From Candidatus Poribacteria bacterium (lineage in GTDB: Bacteria; Poribacteria; WGA-4E; PCPOR2b), in contig OZ242351.1 in assembly GCA_965208675.1 (NCBI GenBank), positions 4,704,001 through 4,768,000 of the forward strand: DNA of 64,000 bases, read 5' to 3'. The translations under genes were made by a program, and so were the position numbers. Within the stretch, counting starts at the first letter, position 1; each line of letters starts with the position of its first letter. Positions 1-8,741 of the stretch are shown piece after piece. The notes beneath the pieces were generated by a model that made no database searches, was not told where the DNA came from, and saw nothing but the letters and a program-made list of their open reading frames with translations.

Positions 1-1540
1 TCGAGAATATTACGGTTCTGTTCATCTTTGCCATTGCGTCATTCAGCACACTCATGAGTTTTTGCAGATGATAGCGATCCTGACCGGTTGTAGGCTCGTC
101 GAGAAGGAGGAGTTGCGGATGGAGCGAAAATACGGCAGCGACCGCCGTGCGTTGACGCTGACCTTGCGAGAGTGCATACGGCGTTTCCGAACTAAAATTC
201 GTGAGATTGAACATCTGCAGCGTGTTCTCCAGTCGATCTACGACCGTTTGAGAGGTTAGCTTCAGATTTTTCGGTCCGAAGGCGACCTCATCGGACACCG
301 TCGCGGCTTGCAGGAGCAGGTCCGGATTTTGAAAAGCTAATCCCGCCAACCCTGCAAGCTGATGAGGTTTGTAACGCACAGCATTTCGTCCGTCGAGAAT
401 CACACTCCCTTCGGACGGAGTCAAAAGCCCAATCATGAGCATGAGCAAGGTTGTTTTACCGCATCCATTTTCCCCCATAATTGCTATGGTTTCACCGCGA
501 CCGACTTGAAAAGAGATTCGCATCAGTACGTCCGGCGATGCCCGGTGATAACGAAACGTAAGATTTTTTACGTCAATCAGCGGATTGCCATCGAAATTAG
601 ACCTGCGTCCAGTTGGGTACTCGTCTGGTATATTTGAGCACGGTCCATTTCGCATTTCGTCCGCCGCTGCCCGCTTTTCAACCTCCGTGGTGGGCGTCGG
701 CGGCATTCCAACCGTATCGCTGCGAAAACAGCGCAGGGCATCTTCAAGCGTTAGCGGCCGATCATCGAGCCCGCGCTCCTCCGCGATCTGTGCGAGTGCA
801 GGCGCAGGAATCCCCAGTTGCCGAAACCGATCCAGTCGCTGGAAAGCTCGGTCTCTTGGCAGATCAGACACAATTTCGCCACTATGCATCAACCAAACGC
901 GATTGCACAACGGGGCAACTTCATCGACCTGATGCCCAGCGATAATCACGGTGGTGCCTGCGGATTCGTTAAGTTGGCGGAGGAGTTCGAGCAGCTTGGA
1001 CGCTCCCTTTGAATCCAGATAACTGGTTGGCTCATCGAGCAGAAGAATCCGCGGCTGCATGGTTAACAGACTGGCAAGGGCGATCCGCTGTTTTTGTCCG
1101 CTGGAAAGTGAAGCGATTGCACATTCCCGGAATCCGGATAGTCCAACCTGCGATAGAGCGGTGTCAATTCGCCGATTTACCTCATTCGGCGGCACGGCGA
1201 GGTTTTCCAACCCAAATGCGACTTCATCTTCTACAACGACGGAAAAAAGTTGATCTTCGGGATTTTGGAATAAAAACCCAACCTGTTTTGACGTGACGTT
1301 CAGCGGCTGTTCAGCGACGTTTGCCTCGTTGATGAGTACGCGGCCGGAAATCGACCCGCCCGACGTGTGAGGAATTAAGCCGTTTATGGTTCGCAGCAGC
1401 GTAGACTTACCGCACCCCGTGGGGCCTAACAACAGAACGAACTCTCCAGAATTGACGCGTGCATTGATATTCCGCAGTGTCGGTTCGCTGCGACCCGGGT
1501 AGGTAAAACTGAGAGATTCGATCGCAATATTTTGTGACAT
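1..1540 (-). CDS. Dual-domain ABC ATPase (ECF-type energy-coupling ATPase-like), runs off the window edge
   Basis: Absent from the ORF track; read manually on the minus strand from ATG 1540: MSQNIAIESLSFTYPGRSEPTLRNI...GPTGCGKST. A second ATPase domain follows (GENGCGKTT, LSQGQRQR, LLLDEPTTGQD). Confidence 0.85.
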   Translation of the reverse strand, partial: MSQNIAIESLSFTYPGRSEPTLRNINARVNSGEFVLLLGPTGCGKSTLLRTINGLIPHTSGGSISGRVLINEANVAEQPLNVTSKQVGFLFQNPEDQLFSVVVEDEVAFGLENLAVPPNEVNRRIDTALSQVGLSGFRECAIASLSSGQKQRIALASLLTMQPRILLLDEPTSYLDSKGASKLLELLRQLNESAGTTVIIAGHQVDEVAPLCNRVWLMHSGEIVSDLPRDRAFQRLDRFRQLGIPAPALAQIAEERGLDDRPLTLEDALRCFRSDTVGMPPTPTTEVEKRAAADEMRNGPCSNIPDEYPTGRRSNFDGNPLIDVKNLTFRYHRASPDVLMRISFQVGRGETIAIMGENGCGKTTLLMLMIGLLTPSEGSVILDGRNAVRYKPHQLAGLAGLAFQNPDLLLQAATVSDEVAFGPKNLKLTSQTVVDRLENTLQMFNLTNFSSETPYALSQGQRQRTAVAAVFSLHPQLLLLDEPTTGQDRYHLQKLMSVLNDAMAKMNRTVIFS

Positions 1541-1704
1541 TAACGGCTCGAAAAGGTGATACCCTGAGTGCCTGGCGCTATACGATCGGAGAGGGATTTA
1601 TGCCTTTTTGATATGATAATTGATAATCTGACATCGGGGGTATGTAAACCGCGGCCTGGATAAACGATGGTATTAGGGCATGGATGTCCAAGGGGGATGG
1701 TACA

Positions 1705-3702
1705 TTAGGCCTTTATTGCGATCGGTACTCCAACCTGGTCCAAATGCGATTTCACAGACAGTTTGAAGGTTTCAAGCGTGTCTTCTAAATGGTCTCTGAA
1801 ATCGTGGTGTACGCGGTCATATTGCGCCTCTACCCGTGCGAGCAGTTCCTGTGTACGGGCTCCGATTGTCTCGATTCGATTGCTTTGTGTTTTCGCAAAT
1901 CGAGAAACGGTTTCCTTAAACACGCGCATTTCAGCGTCAAGATACTGCCTGAAAACCGATGTTTGGAAGGAAACAAGCGTGTCATGAACGCTGTGTCTGA
2001 AATCGTGGTGAATCTGCTCATACTGAACCTGTACACGCGCAAAAAGCGCTTGTGCATAGGTGCCAACGGCTGCGATTCGGTCGCCTTGGGTTCTGCGCGA
2101 CACCGTTTCTTTGAAGGCTTCAGATTCGGATTCGAGGGACTGTTTGAAGTTGTCGACCGCAACTGTTTGACTCGTTATCTTCTCGAAATGATACCCATGA
2201 ATTGCCAGCGTAACCGCGGGTACAAACATTTTCGGGTGATCTGCAATCACTTTCATCAGATACCGGAAATACGCAGGGCCCTGTTTTGAAAAGAGCTGCC
2301 TCTTTATAGACTTGACTAAAGCCAACAACTCTTTTAAACCGAGGCTGCGGGTACCGTGTTGCACCGGTTTTAGGTGCTTGAACATTGATAGGCACCGCTC
2401 AAAATAGTTCTTCAGCGTCGGATCATAGAGCGTTGAAAGTACGCGCTTGTATCCATCAATGAGTACCTGCCGATCCATCTCCGTCTTAAAATTCAAGCTG
2501 TCGAGACCGACATTGTTGCCATCAGACTCTCCCAACAGCCTGCCTTCTTTCTGTAAGCGGAAGAAGAGGTCTGTGTTTTTCAGGACAGTTAAAAGCCCGA
2601 CCATTGCCCGCGGGATACCGACAGTTTGGATGAAGTCAATTTGTGTATCAAATGCGTCTTCGGTATCGTCGTCCAATCCCAAGATAAATCCAGCCATCAC
2701 TTCCATGCCTTTTTCCTGAATACTCCGAACCGCTTTTACCAGATAGTTATCTTCGCCTTTTTTCGTGTTCTGTTTCTTCTTCATCTTTACTAACGCATCA
2801 GGATTAGGCGTTTCAATTCCTAAAAACACCTCACTCAGTCCGGCTGCAACCATGGCATCCATTAGCGGTTCCATGTCGGCGAGGTTCACGCTCGCCTCGG
2901 TGTACAGGTCGAACGGATAGTCTCTGTCGTTTTGCCACTTAGTAACTTCCGGCAATAGGCGCATGGCGTCCCGTTTATTTCCGATGAAGTTATCATCGAC
3001 GAGGAAGAGCGATCCGCGCCAACCGAGATCGTGCAACAATTGAAACTCACTTAACATCTGTTCATTGGACTTGGTGCGGGGTACGCGCCCGAACAGCTTG
3101 GTGATATCGCAAAACTCGCAGTCGAACGGGCAACCTCGAGAGAACTGAAGCGCCATGGAACCGTAATTTTGAAGATTGATTAGATCGAACCGCGGTATTG
3201 GGGTCTGCGTTACATCGGGTTTTCTCGTCTCTGCATACACCTCTTTGGCGACACCGCTCTTGAGATCGGTGAGAAAATCGCCAAAGACCTCCTCGACCTC
3301 TCCATAAAGAAAGTGGTTGACCGTTCCATCAGCTTCCTCTTTGATATTGTCGTGATAAGAGGTCGGATGCGGACCGCCAGCGATAATGGGTACGTCTGCA
3401 CGGTTGCATCGCCGCACAACGTCGTATAGCGACTCTTTCTGAACAATCATTGTGGAGGTTAAGACGAGATCAGCCCACTTGAGATCTGCGTCCGATAAAG
3501 TATCCACATTCATGTCAACTACTTTGAGGTGGTAATCTTTTGGGAACAAACCTGCAACCGTTAGCAAGCCAAGCGGCGGCATTGAGGCTTTTTTTCCAAT
3601 AAACTCTAAGGCGAATTGATAACCCCAGTAGGATGGGGGAAATTCTGGGTAAACTAACAACGCATTCGGCACAATATTCCTCCAACTAATCATTTGCAGC
3701 AA
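1705..3702 (-). CDS. B12-binding radical SAM protein (DUF4070-type) with a duplicated helical C-terminal extension
   Basis: N-terminal cobalamin-binding region (PPLGLLTVA, GGPHPT), CPFDCEFC motif, DDNFIGN. The true start may be the GTG near 3669. Confidence 0.85.
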   Translation of the reverse strand: MLQMISWRNIVPNALLVYPEFPPSYWGYQFALEFIGKKASMPPLGLLTVAGLFPKDYHLKVVDMNVDTLSDADLKWADLVLTSTMIVQKESLYDVVRRCNRADVPIIAGGPHPTSYHDNIKEEADGTVNHFLYGEVEEVFGDFLTDLKSGVAKEVYAETRKPDVTQTPIPRFDLINLQNYGSMALQFSRGCPFDCEFCDITKLFGRVPRTKSNEQMLSEFQLLHDLGWRGSLFLVDDNFIGNKRDAMRLLPEVTKWQNDRDYPFDLYTEASVNLADMEPLMDAMVAAGLSEVFLGIETPNPDALVKMKKKQNTKKGEDNYLVKAVRSIQEKGMEVMAGFILGLDDDTEDAFDTQIDFIQTVGIPRAMVGLLTVLKNTDLFFRLQKEGRLLGESDGNNVGLDSLNFKTEMDRQVLIDGYKRVLSTLYDPTLKNYFERCLSMFKHLKPVQHGTRSLGLKELLALVKSIKRQLFSKQGPAYFRYLMKVIADHPKMFVPAVTLAIHGYHFEKITSQTVAVDNFKQSLESESEAFKETVSRRTQGDRIAAVGTYAQALFARVQVQYEQIHHDFRHSVHDTLVSFQTSVFRQYLDAEMRVFKETVSRFAKTQSNRIETIGARTQELLARVEAQYDRVHHDFRDHLEDTLETFKLSVKSHLDQVGVPIAIKA

Positions 3703-3897
3703 TGTGGTGAGAGGGATTATATCACAACTTTATGAATAATCTCAACCTTTTTCTTGCGGGTGTTCATCCGAAGTGTTAGAATTACCGCGCAACCTCACCG
3801 TATGGCACACCCAACCGTAGATGGAAACGAAGACTCGAAGACCGCGAAGAACCCCTAAACAACGACAAACCTCGACTTCATTAGCACGCGAAACCCA

Positions 3898-5808
3898 ATG
3901 CAGACAAAAATGCGCCGGCGCATGACAATCCATTTCAATACAGAAACCGAGTTTTTGCCAAAAACTCGGTTTCTATTCGCGCTTATCCTCATTTTATCGC
4001 TTTTGACCATCCCACTTATCGCGCTCAGCGATGCGGATGATACAGCTATCCCCACTCCAATCGATCCCGATCTGACGTACCTGATTCGGCAAATTACGTT
4101 TGAAGGCAACGACTTTCTCAATCGCAAAGCGTTGGCGCAGCACATCGGTGTTGGCGCCGGACAACCATATGACAAAGGAGAGATTCTTGAGGGACTAAAC
4201 CGCATTACGGAAGAATACAGAAAAAACGGGTTTATCTCCGTGGTGCTTCGCCCGGAGGTTACTGTGATTTCGGCCGATCAGGTGCGTGTCCGCGTTCACA
4301 TTGACGAAGGAAAGCGAGTTCTGACGGGTAAAATTACGATTGACGGCGTCCAACTGTTTTCTGTACGCGAACTGAGGCGAGAACTTCGTCTGCGTAAAGG
4401 CGCACCGTTTAGCCACACGGCGCTAGAGCGCGGAATTGCGCGCATTCTCGCCCTGTACAGCGAACGCGGTTATCCGAAAGTAGAGATTCAACCGGTCGAT
4501 TTTCGACTATCGCCCGAAAAGGATTTGGTCGATTTTCACCTCCAAATCGATGAAGGCAATCTGACCCGCATTGGCGGGGTGAAATTGACCGGTTTGAAGA
4601 AAACAAAAGCAGATGTCGTCTCCCGCGAGTTGCCGATTCAATCCGGCGACGTGTTTAATCAGCGCAAAATCGATCAGAGTTTTCACCGGCTGGTAAATCT
4701 CGGCTACTTTTATGAGGTGAATCCTAATGTGCTGGAGCCGGGGAACGCGCCGGACGAGGTCATATTTAACGCACTGGTCACAGAAGCGCGGACAGGCAGA
4801 TTTAGCGGAGTGATTGGTTACGCCCCGCCGACCTCCGGCCTTGAAAACGCCCCCCAACTCACCGGAGTGATTGAAGCCAGCGAATCAAATCTGCTCGGCA
4901 CGGGCCGGCAGGCAAACTTTTTTTGGAAATCCGGTTTGATTTCGACGCTGCAGGTCGGGTATGAAGAACCTTGGCCCTTCGGTAAACCGCTCAAAATCGG
5001 CGTCGAATACAGCCGGTTGACGCAGCGGAACCAATTTACGGACGCAGAATCTAAAGAACAATCCACCCGCTTCATCGTGGGGACGCGCTTTCGCAGTTTA
5101 TTTGAAGGGTCTCTGGCGCTCTCGTACAAACGGATTGAACTGCCAACCATTGCCGCACCCTTCACTTCTTTGGACGCAACCGATCCATTTCTTCGAGGGG
5201 GTTCGCAGCGCCAGCCGCGTGACATCTCGGATTCAGATGGGGCGGGCGCGTTTATCGGTGAGAACGGCGTAAAGTACGGGATAACTTTGAGCCTGGCGCG
5301 CGACAGCAGGGATTACTTTCTGAATCCGACCCGCGGCCGCCGCGATCACATCGCTTTTGAATTTGCGCGCGGCGATTTCAAGCTTCGCAAATTGTGGTTA
5401 GATTTTCAACAGTATTTTCCGACGTGGCGGAAGCAGGTCATCGCTATCGGCGTGCACGGGGCGGCGGCGTGGGGGGCGAATATCCCGCCGACAGAACTTT
5501 TCTATTTGGGCGGCGCAAACACGCTGCGGGGTTACGATGAGGATTGGTTCTCCGGTCCTCGACGCGTACACGGTAATATCGAGTATCGATTTCTGACCGG
5601 GCGAACCTCGCAAATCTTCGCGTTTGTTGATCTCGGATCGGTGACGGCAATCGACCAGCCGTCGCGGCTGGACCCGCTTCGCGTCGGCTACGGTTTCGGC
5701 ATGCGGCTCGAATCAAAAGGCGGCGCACTGCGTATGGACTACGGACTGGCTGAGGGAAGTTCGGCGCTGCAAGGGAAGATTCATGTGAACCTGGGAACCA
5801 CTTTCTAA
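3898..5808 (+). CDS. Omp85 (BamA/TamA) family outer-membrane protein with POTRA domains
   Basis: Signal peptide, POTRA repeats (ITFEGN, GYPKVEI), ESNLLGTG, GGANTLRGY, C-terminal Phe. Confidence 0.9.
   Translation: MQTKMRRRMTIHFNTETEFLPKTRFLFALILILSLLTIPLIALSDADDTAIPTPIDPDLTYLIRQITFEGNDFLNRKALAQHIGVGAGQPYDKGEILEGLNRITEEYRKNGFISVVLRPEVTVISADQVRVRVHIDEGKRVLTGKITIDGVQLFSVRELRRELRLRKGAPFSHTALERGIARILALYSERGYPKVEIQPVDFRLSPEKDLVDFHLQIDEGNLTRIGGVKLTGLKKTKADVVSRELPIQSGDVFNQRKIDQSFHRLVNLGYFYEVNPNVLEPGNAPDEVIFNALVTEARTGRFSGVIGYAPPTSGLENAPQLTGVIEASESNLLGTGRQANFFWKSGLISTLQVGYEEPWPFGKPLKIGVEYSRLTQRNQFTDAESKEQSTRFIVGTRFRSLFEGSLALSYKRIELPTIAAPFTSLDATDPFLRGGSQRQPRDISDSDGAGAFIGENGVKYGITLSLARDSRDYFLNPTRGRRDHIAFEFARGDFKLRKLWLDFQQYFPTWRKQVIAIGVHGAAAWGANIPPTELFYLGGANTLRGYDEDWFSGPRRVHGNIEYRFLTGRTSQIFAFVDLGSVTAIDQPSRLDPLRVGYGFGMRLESKGGALRMDYGLAEGSSALQGKIHVNLGTTF
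3942..3974. repeat. Palindrome AGAAACCGAGTTTTT-N3-AAAAACTCGGTTTCT (second copy at 8694-8726)
   Basis: Perfect 15-bp inverted repeat; the same arms occur in an intergenic copy at 8694-8726. Confidence 0.8.
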
Positions 5809-5863
5809 GTTCTAAGTGCCGGCGGACGCACGAAATGGTTCCCGTAAAAATCCCAATTATTCT

Positions 5864-6772
5864 TCAACGCGCAACGCGAAATCCGATAATGAACTCGGTG
5901 TAGTCGGGGCTGAAATAGTCGAAACTGGTGCAGGTACTTGCGTCGTGGTTGTAGTACCAGGCACCGCCGCACACGACTCGAAATTGCGGGTCTTGCTCGT
6001 CGTACCAAGTGTTCGTCCATTCCCAGACGTTGCCGGTCATATCATAGCACCCTACGGGGCTAACACCGCCGGGGAACGCGCCAACAGGCGTTGTGCCGCC
6101 TGCACCGAGCTCCGCGGTGTTACAACGCGGCTTATCAATCTCGTTTCCCCACGGAAAGCGGCGCCCGTCGTCTCCGCGTGCGGCTCGTGTCCACTCCTCG
6201 AACGTCAGCAACCGACAGCCATTCCATTCGGCATAAGCCGCCGCATCGTCTGAATTTACCCAGACTACCGGATGATCGCCCTTCTTCTCCGGATAGGCAT
6301 CACCTTCCCACGATTGCGGCGAGGGATGTCCAGTGTCCCGAATAAACCGCTGGTATTGGGCGTTCGTGACGGGGTAACGGCCAATCTGAAATGCCTCCAC
6401 CCGTAACGGCGTCAATTCATCGCCGATGAGGACACATCCGGCGGGTACCTCGGCGATTGCGTCCAACACTTGAAGCGCCGATTGGCGTATAAGTTCGTCA
6501 CTCGAATCGAGCGCTATTCCCAACGGCGAAATAACCTCTCCGACGGGCGGGGTTGTGAGTTCCCGGTTTTTATCCCAGCCCAAATCCGCCGCCAAAAGCG
6601 TCCGAACCGCGTTGGACTGTGACGCATCAAAATGCCACTGCCAATACCGCTTAATGAGGAGGTCCAATGCCGCCGGATTGTCACATTCAGCGAGCGTTTT
6701 TCTGTGCTGATCGAAGTCATCCTGTATAGCGCCGTCCGGCAATTTGAGTTTTATTAGTGTGTCATCCGCCAA
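5864..6772 (-). CDS. Formylglycine-generating enzyme (SUMF1/FGE-sulfatase) domain protein
   Basis: YPVTNAQY, HPVVWV, RLLTFEEW, FPWG, DMTGNVWEW, IGFRV. Confidence 0.85.
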   Translation of the reverse strand: MADDTLIKLKLPDGAIQDDFDQHRKTLAECDNPAALDLLIKRYWQWHFDASQSNAVRTLLAADLGWDKNRELTTPPVGEVISPLGIALDSSDELIRQSALQVLDAIAEVPAGCVLIGDELTPLRVEAFQIGRYPVTNAQYQRFIRDTGHPSPQSWEGDAYPEKKGDHPVVWVNSDDAAAYAEWNGCRLLTFEEWTRAARGDDGRRFPWGNEIDKPRCNTAELGAGGTTPVGAFPGGVSPVGCYDMTGNVWEWTNTWYDEQDPQFRVVCGGAWYYNHDASTCTSFDYFSPDYTEFIIGFRVAR

Positions 6773-6984
6773 AATTGGTTAACCTTTCGAAGAATACTCA
6801 TGATCCAACCGTCAAGCGTTTTGACCTCCCCTAACCCCTCCTTGGTAAGGAGGGGGATAATGTTATAATTACCCCCAAAAACTAGACAGTGTCTTAAGGT
6901 GGAATTGTTGCTGTCAAAACGGCCATGTTATGAGCCATAATAAGGCTCAGCAATGCCAAGAATTGCGAAAGGAGTTTGTTTAAC

Positions 6985-7272
6985 ATGGCTCGTAGAAAAC
7001 AGTACGATAATCGATTCAAAGCGCAGGTGGCGATTGAAGCCATTAAAAATGAACGCACCATGGCGCAGATTGCCAGTGACTACGAAGTCCACCCGAATCA
7101 GGTCAGGCAGTGGAAAAGACAGATTCTGGAACAATCACCCCAGCTATTTGCGAACGGACACACGCAATCAACTTCCGACAACGACCGCCTTATAGCTGAA
7201 CTCTACCGGCAAATCGGTCAGTTGAAGGTAGAACTAGACTGGCTTCAAAAAAAAACTCGAATGCTCCATTAG
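6985..7272 (+). CDS. IS3 transposase OrfA (HTH)
   Basis: MARRKQYDNRFKAQVA...IASDYEVHPNQVRQWK...LYRQIGQLKVELDWLQKK. Confidence 0.9.
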   Translation: MARRKQYDNRFKAQVAIEAIKNERTMAQIASDYEVHPNQVRQWKRQILEQSPQLFANGHTQSTSDNDRLIAELYRQIGQLKVELDWLQKKTRMLH

Positions 7273-7343
7273 CACAGAAGCGGCGGCTTGTCAAGCAAGA
7301 GCGCGGTGCTCCATCGGTTTCGAGACAGTGCGAACTGTTAGGG

Positions 7344-8099
7344 TTGCCGCGCGCTTCGTATTATTATCAACCCGCAGCGGAAGAATCGCCGGAAAACCTG
7401 CTTTATATGCGTCTGATTGATGAACAGTACATTAAAACGCCGTGCTACGGTGTCCCTCGAATGACGGACTGGCTATGTGATAATGGCCACGCTGTCAACC
7501 GGAAACGGATTGCTCGGTTGATGCGAAAGATGGACTTAGTTGCCATCTATCCCAAGCCCCGTCTCTCCAAGCACGGCAGGCCGTCGAAAAAGTATGCTTA
7601 TCTACTGAAGGATTCAATTATCACTCGACCGGACCAGGTATGGGCAACTGATATCACCTATATCCGTTTGAACACCGGCTTTGTGTATCTAGTGGCGATT
7701 ATGGATTGGTACTCTCGATATGTGTTATCATGGGAATTGTCAAATACACTAGACGTTTACTTTTGTCTATCGGCACTGGAACGGGCATTGAGTTGTTCTA
7801 GCCCTTTGATATTCAATAGCGACCAGGGCGCGCAGTTCACGTCAGATGCCTTTACGACTCGGCTTGAATCGGCTAACATTGCCATCAGTTGGACTGGTGC
7901 TGGCAGCGTGTTTGACAACATTTTAATTGAGCGGCTCTGGCGGACCGTCAAGTATGAACATGTGTATCTTCACGCTTATGACTCAGTTCACGCGGTTTGG
8001 TGTGGCTTGAACAACTATTTCAAGTTTTATAATGAGGAGCGGCTTCATACGTCGCTCAATACTAGAACACCTCATGAGGTGTATTTTCAAAAATCCTAG
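7344..8099 (+). CDS. IS3 transposase OrfB (DDE integrase core), probably fused to OrfA by -1 frameshift
   Basis: WATDITYI, NSDQGAQFTS, DNILIERLWRTVKYE, YNEERLHTSL. Confidence 0.92.
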   Translation: MPRASYYYQPAAEESPENLLYMRLIDEQYIKTPCYGVPRMTDWLCDNGHAVNRKRIARLMRKMDLVAIYPKPRLSKHGRPSKKYAYLLKDSIITRPDQVWATDITYIRLNTGFVYLVAIMDWYSRYVLSWELSNTLDVYFCLSALERALSCSSPLIFNSDQGAQFTSDAFTTRLESANIAISWTGAGSVFDNILIERLWRTVKYEHVYLHAYDSVHAVWCGLNNYFKFYNEERLHTSLNTRTPHEVYFQKS

Positions 8100-8177
8100 G
8101 TGTTGAAGCATAGCCGGATTGTCTAGCAATTACACCTTAATAGACGAGCATTACTGTCTAAACATTGGGGGTAAGTA

Positions 8178-8630
8178 AATGTTTCCGTCCCCTTGCTAAG
8201 GGGAAGATAGAGGGGGTTGGTAGCGTATCGTTGAGAACAAGGAAGACTATCGCCTTCGCTATTCGCTCAGTTGATCCTTCCTTGTTCGGTCGGTTGATCC
8301 TTCGCTATTCGCTCAATTGATCCTTCCTTGTTAAGGAGGGGGATAATGTTTCCGTCCCTTTACTAGGGGGAAGATAGAGGGGGTTGGTAGCGTATCGTTG
8401 GGTATGGTGAAAACTATCGTCCTCCCTATTCGGTCGGTTGATCCTTCGCTATTCGCTCAGTTGATCCCTCCTTGTTAAGGAGGGGAATAATGTTTCCGTC
8501 CCCTTGCTAAGGGGAAGATCGAGGGGGTTGGCGGCGAATCATTGGGAATAAGGAAGACTATCGCCCTCCCTGTTCGGTCGGTTGATCCTTCGCTATTCGC
8601 TCAATTGATCTCCCTTGGCAGGGGGAGAAT
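8178..8630. repeat. Three tandem ~145-165-bp units of intergenic repeat family R1
   Basis: Units start AATGTTTCCGTCCC at about 8178, 8345 and 8489. Each has a CCCTT..AAGGGG-type hairpin and a core AAGACTATCGCC...CTATTCGCTCAGTTGATCC. Confidence 0.85.
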
Positions 8631-8741
8631 CTGGCAAATCCATACCGACGGAGTCATAACGCCTCTTTTCAACGATGTTGGTATTTAGTCGGGAGAAACC
8701 GAGTTTTTTGGAAAAACTCGGTTTCTTTGTGTGCCAACGAT

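Larger units (their letters stand above)
6864..8179 (+). mobile_element. IS3-family insertion sequence
   Basis: Imperfect terminal IRs (TAATTACCCCCAAAAACTAGACAGT vs reverse complement TACTTACCCCCAATGTTTAGACAGT). Short target duplication (tgt/aatgt; boundary uncertain by 1-2 bp). orfA/orfB with an A9 slippery tract at 7247-7255. Confidence 0.92.

Noticed and set aside
62-1296. Short plus-strand ORFs
   Set aside because: Antisense shadows of the minus-strand ABC ATPase.
1541-1700. Riboswitch upstream of the ECF-type ATPase
   Set aside because: No recognisable TPP, cobalamin or FMN consensus.
8178-8630. Possible CRISPR array in the R1 tandem repeats
   Set aside because: The intervening sequences are repeats themselves, the repeats are degenerate, and there are no cas genes.
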